Assembly: GCA_964424695.1 (NCBI GenBank)
Contig: CAYRKE010000009.1
Coordinates: forward strand, 17,543 to 81,542
Direction of reading: 5' to 3'
Length of the DNA: 64,000 nucleotides
From: an uncultured Polyangiaceae bacterium
Lineage (GTDB): Bacteria; Myxococcota_A; Polyangia; Polyangiales; Polyangiaceae
Positions within the stretch are counted from its first letter, which is position 1; every line of letters starts with the position of its first letter. Under the pieces are notes generated by a model, which saw nothing but the letters and a program-made list of their open reading frames with translations, made no database searches and had not been told where the DNA came from. Shown here piece by piece: positions 38,448 to 46,636 of the stretch. Made by a program: the position numbers and the translations under genes.

Positions 38448-39269
38448 ATGAAACCACGACGTATCGCATTCATTGGCGCGGGCAATATGGGCACCGCCCT
38501 GATTCGAGGGCTGCTCGGCGCGGGCTCCTGTCCGCGTGAGCTCATCGGCGCCAGCGATCCCGATCCGGCGCGACTTCGCGCTCTCAGCGCGGAGTTCGGC
38601 ATCGCCACGAGCGCGGACAACGCCGCCGCAGTCGAGTCATCCGAGGTGGTGTTCCTGGCCGTGAAACCGCAGGTTCTGCCCGGGTTGCTTCAGAAGCTCC
38701 GTCCCAACATCCCTCCAAGCAAACTCGTTGTGTCCATCGCCGCGGGAGTCTCATGCGCCGCCATCGAGGCAGAGCTTGGCGCCGACGCTCGGATCGTTCG
38801 GGCAATGCCCAACACCCCAGCTCTAGTGCTGGCTGGCGCAACCGGTGTGGCCAAGGGGCGTAATGCGACCGACGAGGATCTCGGCTGGGCGAAGGAGCTC
38901 TTCGAAGTCGTGGGACAAGCGGTGGTTGTCGACGAAAAGCTTCTCGACGTCGTGACGGGGCTGTCAGGCAGCGGGCCCGCCTATGTGATGCTCTTCATCG
39001 AAGCGCTCGCCGACGGAGCGGTGAAGATGGGGCTGCCGAAGCCACTGGCTCTGGAGCTCGCGACGGCGACGGTCCTGGGGGCGGCCAAGCTGCTTCGCGA
39101 GAGTGGCGAGCATCCGGCGAAGCTTCGTGACCAGGTGACGAGCCCCGGCGGTACGACAATCGCTGGGATCGCAGCGCTCGAGGCAGGACGCGCTCGGGCA
39201 ACCATCATGGAAGCTGTCGAAGCTGCTACCCTTCGCGCCGAGGAACTGGGCGGACGAAGCCGCAAGTGA
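38448..39269 (+). CDS. proC: pyrroline-5-carboxylate reductase
   Basis: The ATG at 38448 follows GGAGAAGGA. Motifs IAFIGAGNMGTALIRGL and SPGGTTIAGI. Confidence 0.9.
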   Translation: MKPRRIAFIGAGNMGTALIRGLLGAGSCPRELIGASDPDPARLRALSAEFGIATSADNAAAVESSEVVFLAVKPQVLPGLLQKLRPNIPPSKLVVSIAAGVSCAAIEAELGADARIVRAMPNTPALVLAGATGVAKGRNATDEDLGWAKELFEVVGQAVVVDEKLLDVVTGLSGSGPAYVMLFIEALADGAVKMGLPKPLALELATATVLGAAKLLRESGEHPAKLRDQVTSPGGTTIAGIAALEAGRARATIMEAVEAATLRAEELGGRSRK

Positions 39270-39318
39270 CGCCGCTCGGTTCCCGGGACAAATAGCAAAG
39301 AGTCCGCGCAGAGGGGCC

Positions 39319-39329
39319 GGGGGGGGGGG
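39319..39329. repeat. homopolymeric G11 tract
   Basis: Read directly from the sequence. It lies between the convergent 3' ends of proC and the 39491 gene. Confidence 0.9.
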
Positions 39330-39429
39330 ACAGCCACGCTCTACGCGGACGACAGGTGAGTAGCAGTTCGAGCTCATGAGTGCAATGGGTCGTGTTGGTT
39401 GTTGTGTGCGGAGACCAACGCGCCACCGT

Positions 39430-39483
39430 GGGCAGAGTCTTTCGAGAACGAGTGCGTGGTTTCATTTTTGAAAGACTCTGCCC
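39430..39483. repeat. perfect 14-bp inverted repeat with 26-nt spacer (possible bidirectional terminator or small element)
   Basis: GGGCAGAGTCTTTC...GAAAGACTCTGCCC. Each arm is followed by the direct repeat GAGAACG, and the spacer is AT-rich. Confidence 0.6.
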
Positions 39484-39490
39484 GAGAACG

Positions 39491-42400
39491 CTACCGCAGG
39501 CACTCGAATACCCAATGATCCCCCTCGCCGTCCTGGTCTCGCAGCACTAGCGGGATACCGCCAGGGGCTCTCGACAATTCTCCTACGGTTCGTGACGATT
39601 GGTGACGCAAGGCGAGCTTCGCACTCGTGACCCCCATCAATCCCTCGACACACAGTCCCTGTTCCCCCACCACGACGCGGGCCCGCACCGAGTGGGGTTC
39701 GGTTGAACGCGACTCCCCGGTGCCCAGGTCCAACGACGGGCCGAGCGGCATCGGACCTTCGAGCACCCAACCGGAGTCCTCGTCCACGCAGGGACGAGGA
39801 GAGTGTCCGAGCACATCATCGTCCACCACCAGGACTTCGCCGGCCTCACCTCGCTCGAGGTCGACGGCGTACACGAACCACCGGGTCGCGGCGCCCCGTG
39901 TCTTGGCGTCTTGAACCCACAGCCCAAGCGCTGTTTCTGCGCGGTTTCGGACGAGAACCGGACGCGACGCTCCAGTATCGTCACGAAGCCGCATCACTTC
40001 TTTGGCGACGCCTGATTCGAGCCGGGACAGCGCGACGACACCTGATCCGACAGGGCTGAGTGCGAACCAGCTGCCGTCGGTGCGGACGGCGCCGAGGAGC
40101 CCAAAGCTACCTGTAACCGATTCTCCGCGCACGCGAACCAGGGGGCGACTGGCTTCGGCGAGATACGTTTCAGCATCAGAGACCGAGCCGATTCGCAACA
40201 GCCCCCCCCGTCCGCCGGGATCCGCGTGTATCGACCAGGCCGCAGGAGGTCCCGATCGACGCTCGCGGCCGAACGCCTCGCCGCTCGCCGATTCATCGGG
40301 CCAGGGGCAGACCGTCGTGGAAGTAGACCAAGCGTCCACGAGGGGGTCGTAGCCGGAGAGTGCCCGGACGACCCAACGACCACCCGGGCGCCAGGACCCC
40401 TCCCCAGGACCCCAGGCGTAGCCCTGGAGTGTCATGGCTTCCGATCGCTGAGCGTGGCTGTGTCGTCGCTCTCCAGGCTCCACCCTCGGGGCGCCGAGGC
40501 CGAAAAACCCCTGCCAGTCGGACGCGGGGCCTCCGTCTCGCCCTCGGCGGGACACGTGATGGCGTGCGGCGCAGTCGAGAACCCAGCGGCCTCCTCCGGC
40601 CATCGGTAGCGGGGTGGGGGGAGCGTCCTCAGCCGTGGGAAGATCGTTGGTGGACTTGGCTACCCTCCAGCCAATTCTCACCCAGCCATTGATGACGCAG
40701 CCTACCGGGCCGCATCCCCGAGTCTTGAGGAGGGGGTCCGACTTTATTGACCCAGGATCATCCATTTTTGGCACAGGGACCGCCTGCCATGACTGCCCGC
40801 CATCCCCGGTTTGCCACGCCTGACCTTCGTCCCCGAAGGCAAGGGCACTTTCGGCTGCAAAGAGCGCGGTCATGGTGGTTGCTTGCGGTCTTCCCACCTC
40901 GACCGAGCCATCTTGGCGAACCAAGACACCGGTCAGTGCCTCGTCAGTGGCAAGCCAACCCGACAAGGCTCCGTCTCCACGCTGAGTGAAGCCTTCCAGC
41001 CACAGACCGGTCCGGAGCGTCGCTTCCGAGCCCTCCGGGCTGGCCGGCGCTCGCTTCAACACGCTTCGGTGTCTTGCGGTCCCATCGGGCGTGACGATGG
41101 TGAGTGACCCCTTCCAGCCGTCCTTGGGCGGCGCGATGATCGCCGCATTTCCGTCCGCGAGAGCGACGACGCGGGTCATGGCGCCGAAACTACGGAGAGA
41201 GAGCTGCCAAGGCGTCCCTGTCTTCGGAACGACGCACCACGAGTGTGCGTCACGGCTCCGGGGCGCCGTGCGGCATGGGCCAGAGACTACCGCGCCCCCG
41301 GTACCTGCCGCTGAGACGACGCGCGGCGTTCTGAAGCGATGGACGAGTAGTGCGTCGAGGGGGCTGGTGGACGCCTGGTACAGGAGAGTCTCGCGAGCGG
41401 TGTGGCAAATGAACCCCGCGCCAGTGAAGAGTCGCGCTGCATGGCAGGTGGCATCAGTTGGAGCGAGGTGCTCTCGCCGCTCCACGAGCTCCGCGGTCTC
41501 GAGGTCCACGCGCAGTAGGCTTCCGTTTTCGAGAAGCAGGGCATGCCCCTCGCCGAGCGGCCATCCCCGCAGTGCCACCCCCGCGAGCCGTTCTCCCATC
41601 TGTCGTGCAAGGACGGCTCGCATCTCGTTCTCGGGCGGCGTGGTCTGTTGGTGCTCGTCGTCGTGGTCGTCGTCGTTGGGCGTTCCCCCCTGGCCAGAGG
41701 TTCCTTTCCGAGACGGCGCGTCGAGCGCGGTCGCCGCCGAACGCTCGAATGCCACGGTGCCATCAGCCTGGAGACGCGAGGTTCCGTCGCCGTGGTCGAT
41801 CAGAATGCCGTCCTCACCGATGCGCGCGCTCCGAATGCCTGAGAACCCAAGCTGATGCCAAGTGGCGCCCGCGTCGAAGGTCGCCAACCCTCCCTGGAAA
41901 GGAACCGTCACCACACCGAACCATTCGTCCGCGAAGGCCATGGGGCCATACGCCGGGGCCTCCGGCAGGGGACCCGACGTGAACGCCCCCGTTCCATGCA
42001 GATCCAGGGCTACAATGCCCCGCGTGCGATCCAGCACCGCGTAGAGTCTATCCAACCCCTGGACCACTTCGCTGACTCGCAGGCTGAGCCGGGCTACGGG
42101 CTGCAGTGGAGCGAGGTAGGTTGATGCACGCTCAATGACGGTCTCTTCACCGCGTCGCGTGAAGAGGAACCCGCCTCCCAGGCGAGGAGCCAGCTCCGTG
42201 ACGGTATAGTTCGAGTGTGCAAGCCACTGCCTTGCAGCTCGGAGTTCCCCGTTTGCAGTGAGCTCAAGCCGCTGGGTCCCAGCCGTGAGCAGCCATGAGG
42301 CCGCACTACTCGTCCCAACGACACGGACGAAAGGGGCATCGGGCCGAGCGATCCAGCGCGCCTCGAGGCTTACTCGATCTGGTGTGGTTTGATGCTGACC

Positions 42401-42685
42401 GGTGGGCGTCGCCGCTGGCGGTTGCCGCGGCGAGTTCGAGCCGCAATCAGCCAGGGCGCCACCGAGGACGATGGGCAGAAACAGAGCGGACCGAATCCCG
42501 AACTCGCGACGACCCGGAGCGTGACGGGCAAGTCTCTCGGTCCCGCACACCACGGGGTGGACAAGCCTGGAGACGGGCAGAGTGTCGAGGCGGCGGCGAG
42601 AAAGGGGGAGTTTCACCGATGTGAAGGGTATGATACCAACACCCTCGGACGCCAGAGCGACGAACGCTCCACTCAGTCGAGGCAC
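39491..42685 (-). CDS. large secreted protein or lipoprotein with BNR/Asp-box-like motifs
   Basis: 1064-aa ORF. Asp-box-like FDAGATW and TGDGGQSW. The true start is probably internal (GTG about 42550), ahead of ...FGIRSALFLPIVLGGALADCGS. Confidence 0.65.
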   Translation of the reverse strand: MPRLSGAFVALASEGVGIIPFTSVKLPLSRRRLDTLPVSRLVHPVVCGTERLARHAPGRREFGIRSALFLPIVLGGALADCGSNSPRQPPAATPTGQHQTTPDRVSLEARWIARPDAPFVRVVGTSSAASWLLTAGTQRLELTANGELRAARQWLAHSNYTVTELAPRLGGGFLFTRRGEETVIERASTYLAPLQPVARLSLRVSEVVQGLDRLYAVLDRTRGIVALDLHGTGAFTSGPLPEAPAYGPMAFADEWFGVVTVPFQGGLATFDAGATWHQLGFSGIRSARIGEDGILIDHGDGTSRLQADGTVAFERSAATALDAPSRKGTSGQGGTPNDDDHDDEHQQTTPPENEMRAVLARQMGERLAGVALRGWPLGEGHALLLENGSLLRVDLETAELVERREHLAPTDATCHAARLFTGAGFICHTARETLLYQASTSPLDALLVHRFRTPRVVSAAGTGGAVVSGPCRTAPRSRDAHSWCVVPKTGTPWQLSLRSFGAMTRVVALADGNAAIIAPPKDGWKGSLTIVTPDGTARHRSVLKRAPASPEGSEATLRTGLWLEGFTQRGDGALSGWLATDEALTGVLVRQDGSVEVGRPQATTMTALFAAESALAFGDEGQAWQTGDGGQSWQAVPVPKMDDPGSIKSDPLLKTRGCGPVGCVINGWVRIGWRVAKSTNDLPTAEDAPPTPLPMAGGGRWVLDCAARHHVSRRGRDGGPASDWQGFFGLGAPRVEPGERRHSHAQRSEAMTLQGYAWGPGEGSWRPGGRWVVRALSGYDPLVDAWSTSTTVCPWPDESASGEAFGRERRSGPPAAWSIHADPGGRGGLLRIGSVSDAETYLAEASRPLVRVRGESVTGSFGLLGAVRTDGSWFALSPVGSGVVALSRLESGVAKEVMRLRDDTGASRPVLVRNRAETALGLWVQDAKTRGAATRWFVYAVDLERGEAGEVLVVDDDVLGHSPRPCVDEDSGWVLEGPMPLGPSLDLGTGESRSTEPHSVRARVVVGEQGLCVEGLMGVTSAKLALRHQSSRTVGELSRAPGGIPLVLRDQDGEGDHWVFECLR

Positions 42686-43172
42686 ACACGTCGTCTGGCA
42701 CGACTTGCTGCTCGCCCGTCGTCCGGTGAGTAGAACGCGCTGCGTCTCGAGCGGAGTCCCCTTGCGTCCGTGGTTAGGGCCGTGCTGCCGGCGAGCTGGG
42801 CATAGGTGACTGGCTAGGTGCTCTCTGGCGACACTCGGCAGTCCGCCATGCGAATCGGGTCGTTTCCCTCCGGGGTTAACTCATCGCGACATCCACTCCG
42901 GGGTTTCCGTTGAGCGTGCAAGGTCTTGGCATGGTTCGAGCCGCCTGGCGCTTGACGCTGAGGTTCGGGCGGCCCCGCGCACTCGGGGGCGCAGAAATTT
43001 CTTGGCGGTGCGAGTTGGGGTTGCCTGGTTCGCGTCTCGGTCCAACGCTTGATGGGTCTGCTCCGCGTTCAAGTGACGCAATAGCGGGTGGGGTCTCATT
43101 GTCAGAAGTCGGACGGCCGAGGTGCGGCGACACGCCTCCTGTCACGAGCCTCCACCCGAGTTGGAGGTCTCC

Positions 43173-43574
43173 ATGTCGATCGCCATCAACCCGTATGTCG
43201 TCTTCAACGGCAATTGCGAAGAGGCCGTGAACTTCTGGGCAACTGCGCTCGGCGCCAAGGTCGAGATCATGCGCATGGGTGATAGCCCGATTCCCATGCC
43301 GCCGGAATCCAGGGACCTGGTGATGCACGCTACGGTCAGCGGTGACGGCTTCGTGATCATGGCGGCAGATTCGATGCCGGGCTCCTCTGTCGAACCTGGG
43401 GCGCAGGTGGCGATCAACGTCAGTTTCCGGACGCCCGAGGAGCAGTCCGGCGTGTGGGGCAGACTCGCAGAGGGGGCAACCGTGACCATGCCGCTCTCCG
43501 AGCACGCCCTCGGGTCTTTTGGGGCGCTCACGGACAAGTTCGGCATTCGATGGATGCTGAACTGCGAGCCGTAA
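43173..43574 (+). CDS. VOC-superfamily protein (PhnB/YjdN-like)
   Basis: The ATG at 43173 follows GGAGG. MSIAINPYVVFNGNCEEAVNFW...FGIRWMLN. Confidence 0.7.
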   Translation: MSIAINPYVVFNGNCEEAVNFWATALGAKVEIMRMGDSPIPMPPESRDLVMHATVSGDGFVIMAADSMPGSSVEPGAQVAINVSFRTPEEQSGVWGRLAEGATVTMPLSEHALGSFGALTDKFGIRWMLNCEP

Positions 43575-43588
43575 CACGGATGATGTCA

Positions 43589-45103
43589 TCAGCGGTCCTT
43601 GGGGACCCCTCTGCCGAAACCCGAGGCTCGGAGCCGAACGGTGAACACACTGTCACCACTGAGGATGGCTCCGCGTCCGAATAGGCGACCGTGTTGCCAG
43701 TTGCTCAGCCCTAGCTCGGGCCGGCGCAGAGCGTATTGCCCATCCACCCAGCGAGTGAAGCCATCGCTTACGAACGGTGCGTTGAGCTTCGCAAAACAAG
43801 CTTCGCGCTCGGCTTCGACTTCTGTGAGGATTCCGGCGACGAACTGTGGGCTGTAGCGATTGAAGAGCGCTACGGCCTCCGGGATGTCGTCTACGATCTT
43901 GAGGCTGACTTCCGGCGTGTCCTCCCACTCCCACTCCTTGCCGAGTTCACTGGTGGGAAGGCTCTCGACCTGCAACTCTTCGACGTCGCCTTCGGCTCGT
44001 CTCACGGTTACCCGCTTGGCGCGCAAGGATTCTGGAACGTAAGCCTCGTCTCCCTCGGCCACGTGAAGCTTGAATGCTTGCCCCCGCCGCTGTCCCGCCT
44101 TGGTCAAGCCGGCGATCAGCGCAGCTACCAGCGAGGGAGCCTTCGCCCGTACTATGCAGCACGTGTTGAGCGAATTGCACACCTTGCGGTCGAGCGACAT
44201 GACGACTGCCTCCTCCAGGCGTTCAGCGGAGGCGGAGTCGGCGGCGAGGAGCCAGGCTCCCCCGGTGCCATGCAGGCTCACTGGCACACCGGCGCTCTGC
44301 GCGAGCGATCCTAGCGTGTCCACGGCTCTGCCCGAGCCCCGGGCCACCGCCAGGCTCAGCCGCGAATCACAGAACAGCGCCCATCCTGCTGCGTGCGACG
44401 AACTGTCCACGAGACACACCGCTCCCTCCGGTAGGCCCGAGGCGAGGAGTGCGGGGCGAAGCCCGAGGTCCATGATGGCCCGCGCCGTGCCCAGCGCGTC
44501 GCGGCCGATGCGAAACACGACCGTGTTCCCACTTCTCAGAACACCGGTGGCATCTGCAAGCACGTTGGGACGCCCTTCGAACACGAAGGCCACGACCCCG
44601 AGCTCGGCGCCGATGAGCTCGGCCTTCCAGCCTTCGTGCTGGACGGTTTCCAGGATCTGACCGCGTTTTGAGGCCGTGCCGACCCACCCACGCAGGCCAA
44701 GAATCATCTCCCGACGCATCTTGTCGGATGCCGCCAGTCGGGTGGTGGAACGGCCTCGGCGCTTGGCGTCTTCCACGTCTCTTGCGTTCACTTCGCTGAT
44801 AGCCGACCAGAGCTCGTCATTGGCAAGCCGATCCGCGAACTCGGAGTAGAACGCGGCGATCTGGTCCGAGGTCACCGTGCTCATCTGACGAAATGCGGCG
44901 AGACTGCGGCTCACCGCCTCGCGCGCGACTTGGAGTTCCGCTCTGGGGATGTGTAGCAGTTCGCCGGTCGATTCGGCGAAGCGGAGCTCGTCTCCCTCGG
45001 CGAAGGCTGACGCGAGCTGCTCATCGACCGTATAGAGCCGGCTGCCACCCACGAGGAGTTGCATTCCGGCCTTCAATGACCTAAGCGGCACGAATTCGTT
45101 CAT
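43589..45103 (-). CDS. proA: glutamate-5-semialdehyde dehydrogenase (gamma-glutamyl phosphate reductase)-like
   Basis: ORF 43589..45424; the ATG at 45103 is preferred. ...NARDVEDAKRRGRSTTRLAASDKMRREMILGLRGW..., VFEGRPNVLADA and KVCNSLNTCCIV. It carries about 60 extra N-terminal residues compared with typical ProA. Confidence 0.75.
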   Translation of the reverse strand: MNEFVPLRSLKAGMQLLVGGSRLYTVDEQLASAFAEGDELRFAESTGELLHIPRAELQVAREAVSRSLAAFRQMSTVTSDQIAAFYSEFADRLANDELWSAISEVNARDVEDAKRRGRSTTRLAASDKMRREMILGLRGWVGTASKRGQILETVQHEGWKAELIGAELGVVAFVFEGRPNVLADATGVLRSGNTVVFRIGRDALGTARAIMDLGLRPALLASGLPEGAVCLVDSSSHAAGWALFCDSRLSLAVARGSGRAVDTLGSLAQSAGVPVSLHGTGGAWLLAADSASAERLEEAVVMSLDRKVCNSLNTCCIVRAKAPSLVAALIAGLTKAGQRRGQAFKLHVAEGDEAYVPESLRAKRVTVRRAEGDVEELQVESLPTSELGKEWEWEDTPEVSLKIVDDIPEAVALFNRYSPQFVAGILTEVEAEREACFAKLNAPFVSDGFTRWVDGQYALRRPELGLSNWQHGRLFGRGAILSGDSVFTVRLRASGFGRGVPKDR

Positions 45104-45440
45104 GGTGCCGTGACCGTACACGTGGTTTCCGACGCTGCAAGGGGGCCACGGCCACTGGCGCGCCGCAGCAGCTTCCCGGATGCTTCCATGCATGAGTGGG
45201 ACCCCGCGTCGTGGCGCTTCGCGCGAGGCGGGTCGCGGCCGGCCCCACACGCACGGTGTGATTGGGTGCGGGTCGATTGGGCGGCCTGATGCGGGGGGCA
45301 TCGGGGGCCCAGTCCGGAATGCCGTGCCCTGACCCGTCCAGGTCTGCAGAGTAGGGTACGTGAGCACCGGAAGCGCAGCGAAACGAAGCCGAAAGCCGAG
45401 ATCGGCGGGCATCCTCTCAGACAAGTCTCTGGCAGTTGTG

Positions 45441-46178
45441 CTATCCGCGGGTCAGATAGCGTCGCGCCCACCGCACGAAAGCGCTCACAGCGGCCTCGAA
45501 GTCGTCGTACTGAATGGTGGGGGGCTGGAAGGCGAAGGATGCGGCTTCCGAGTGGGGAACCGGCGGCTCGCGACCGAGCGCCCTGCGCCGCTGCTCCTCG
45601 GCCTCGCGCTGTCTGGCAAGCACCATGCCGCCCGAACCCACGAAGGCGAGAATTCGTGGCAGTTCCCCGGCATCAAACCATGTCCCGTGCATTGCGCAGA
45701 CGTCCACGATGACGCCACTGACTCCTCCGAAGTTGCGGCGCATCATGAGGTGCTGGCAGATCGGGCAGGGTACGTAGGTCACGGGCTGGCTGAGTGGATT
45801 GTCCTTGCGGAGTGATCGTGGAAGCTCGACCCGGCGGAGCTCGTGCCGTTCGATCATCCGCGACAGGTCGTCGTTCTTCACGAACTGGCCGCCGCACCCG
45901 CCGCAGTCGTACAGCGTCGCATCGCCATTGAAAAAGGCGTCCAGGGGCCGCCCTTTGCACCGCGGGCACGCAAGCCCGCCCGTGTCCTCGGCGGCTACGG
46001 GCATTAGGCCGAGCTCCGCGCCGCAGCTGATGCAGTGCAGCGCCTCGGGCACGTTCATCATGAAACAACCCCCGCACCGCACGGTCGCGATGGGGCTGTG
46101 GCAGTAGTGACACTCGCGTGACGTCTCGCGTACGATGCCGCCGCAGGCCGAACATTCATAACAGCGGGCGACTGCCAT
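45441..46178 (-). CDS. multi-zinc-ribbon protein (TFIIB-type zinc-ribbon-like repeats)
   Basis: 245 aa. CYECSACGG...CHYCHS, CGGC...CISCGA, CPRC...CGGCGG and CPICQ...VCAMHGTWFDAGEL. Confidence 0.7.
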   Translation of the reverse strand: MAVARCYECSACGGIVRETSRECHYCHSPIATVRCGGCFMMNVPEALHCISCGAELGLMPVAAEDTGGLACPRCKGRPLDAFFNGDATLYDCGGCGGQFVKNDDLSRMIERHELRRVELPRSLRKDNPLSQPVTYVPCPICQHLMMRRNFGGVSGVIVDVCAMHGTWFDAGELPRILAFVGSGGMVLARQREAEEQRRRALGREPPVPHSEAASFAFQPPTIQYDDFEAAVSAFVRWARRYLTRG

Positions 46179-46636
46179 GCCTTACAGCATGCATTAGGGC
46201 GCCTGAGTTGGTCGAGCCTGGTGGCACATTCCAGGGCCGCGGAGCTGGGGCTTGGGTCGATGGGGATGCTGTCCGTATCCGCTGTGGGTGTTGTCTGGCG
46301 TTCCGGCACCCGCAAACCGCGTTCACTGGTCGAGGGGCCGATCTCGAGCAGTGCTTGGTGGATCCGGAGCCAACCGACCAAGGTGCCATCCGCCTCACAT
46401 GCGGCCGACGCTTTCCGTCCCATGTAGGGTAGGGTAGAGGAACCAAAGTGCGTGCCCTCGACGCATTCCCCCACGAGCAAGGCGCCATGAAATCGTCTCG
46501 ACCAATCCACAGAGTCTCTGCGACCGTATTCTCCGGTTTCTCGCTGAGCGATTGCCCAGAAGAGGAGGTGGCTGAGCGACGTTCGGCGGTGCTGCACCTC
46601 AGGCACCGCGCAGGGCGTGTGACGATCCTCCCGAGC

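Noticed and set aside
43589-45424. Maximal ORF extensions, such as the 611-aa proA ORF, the 1166-aa Omp85 ORF, the 917-aa lipoprotein ORF, the 424-aa 59945..61219 ORF and the 204-aa USP ORF.
   Set aside because: The N-terminal extensions are Arg/Pro-rich and non-protein-like. Internal ATG or GTG codons give proper signal peptides, RBSs or family-typical N-termini, so the shorter coordinates were used.
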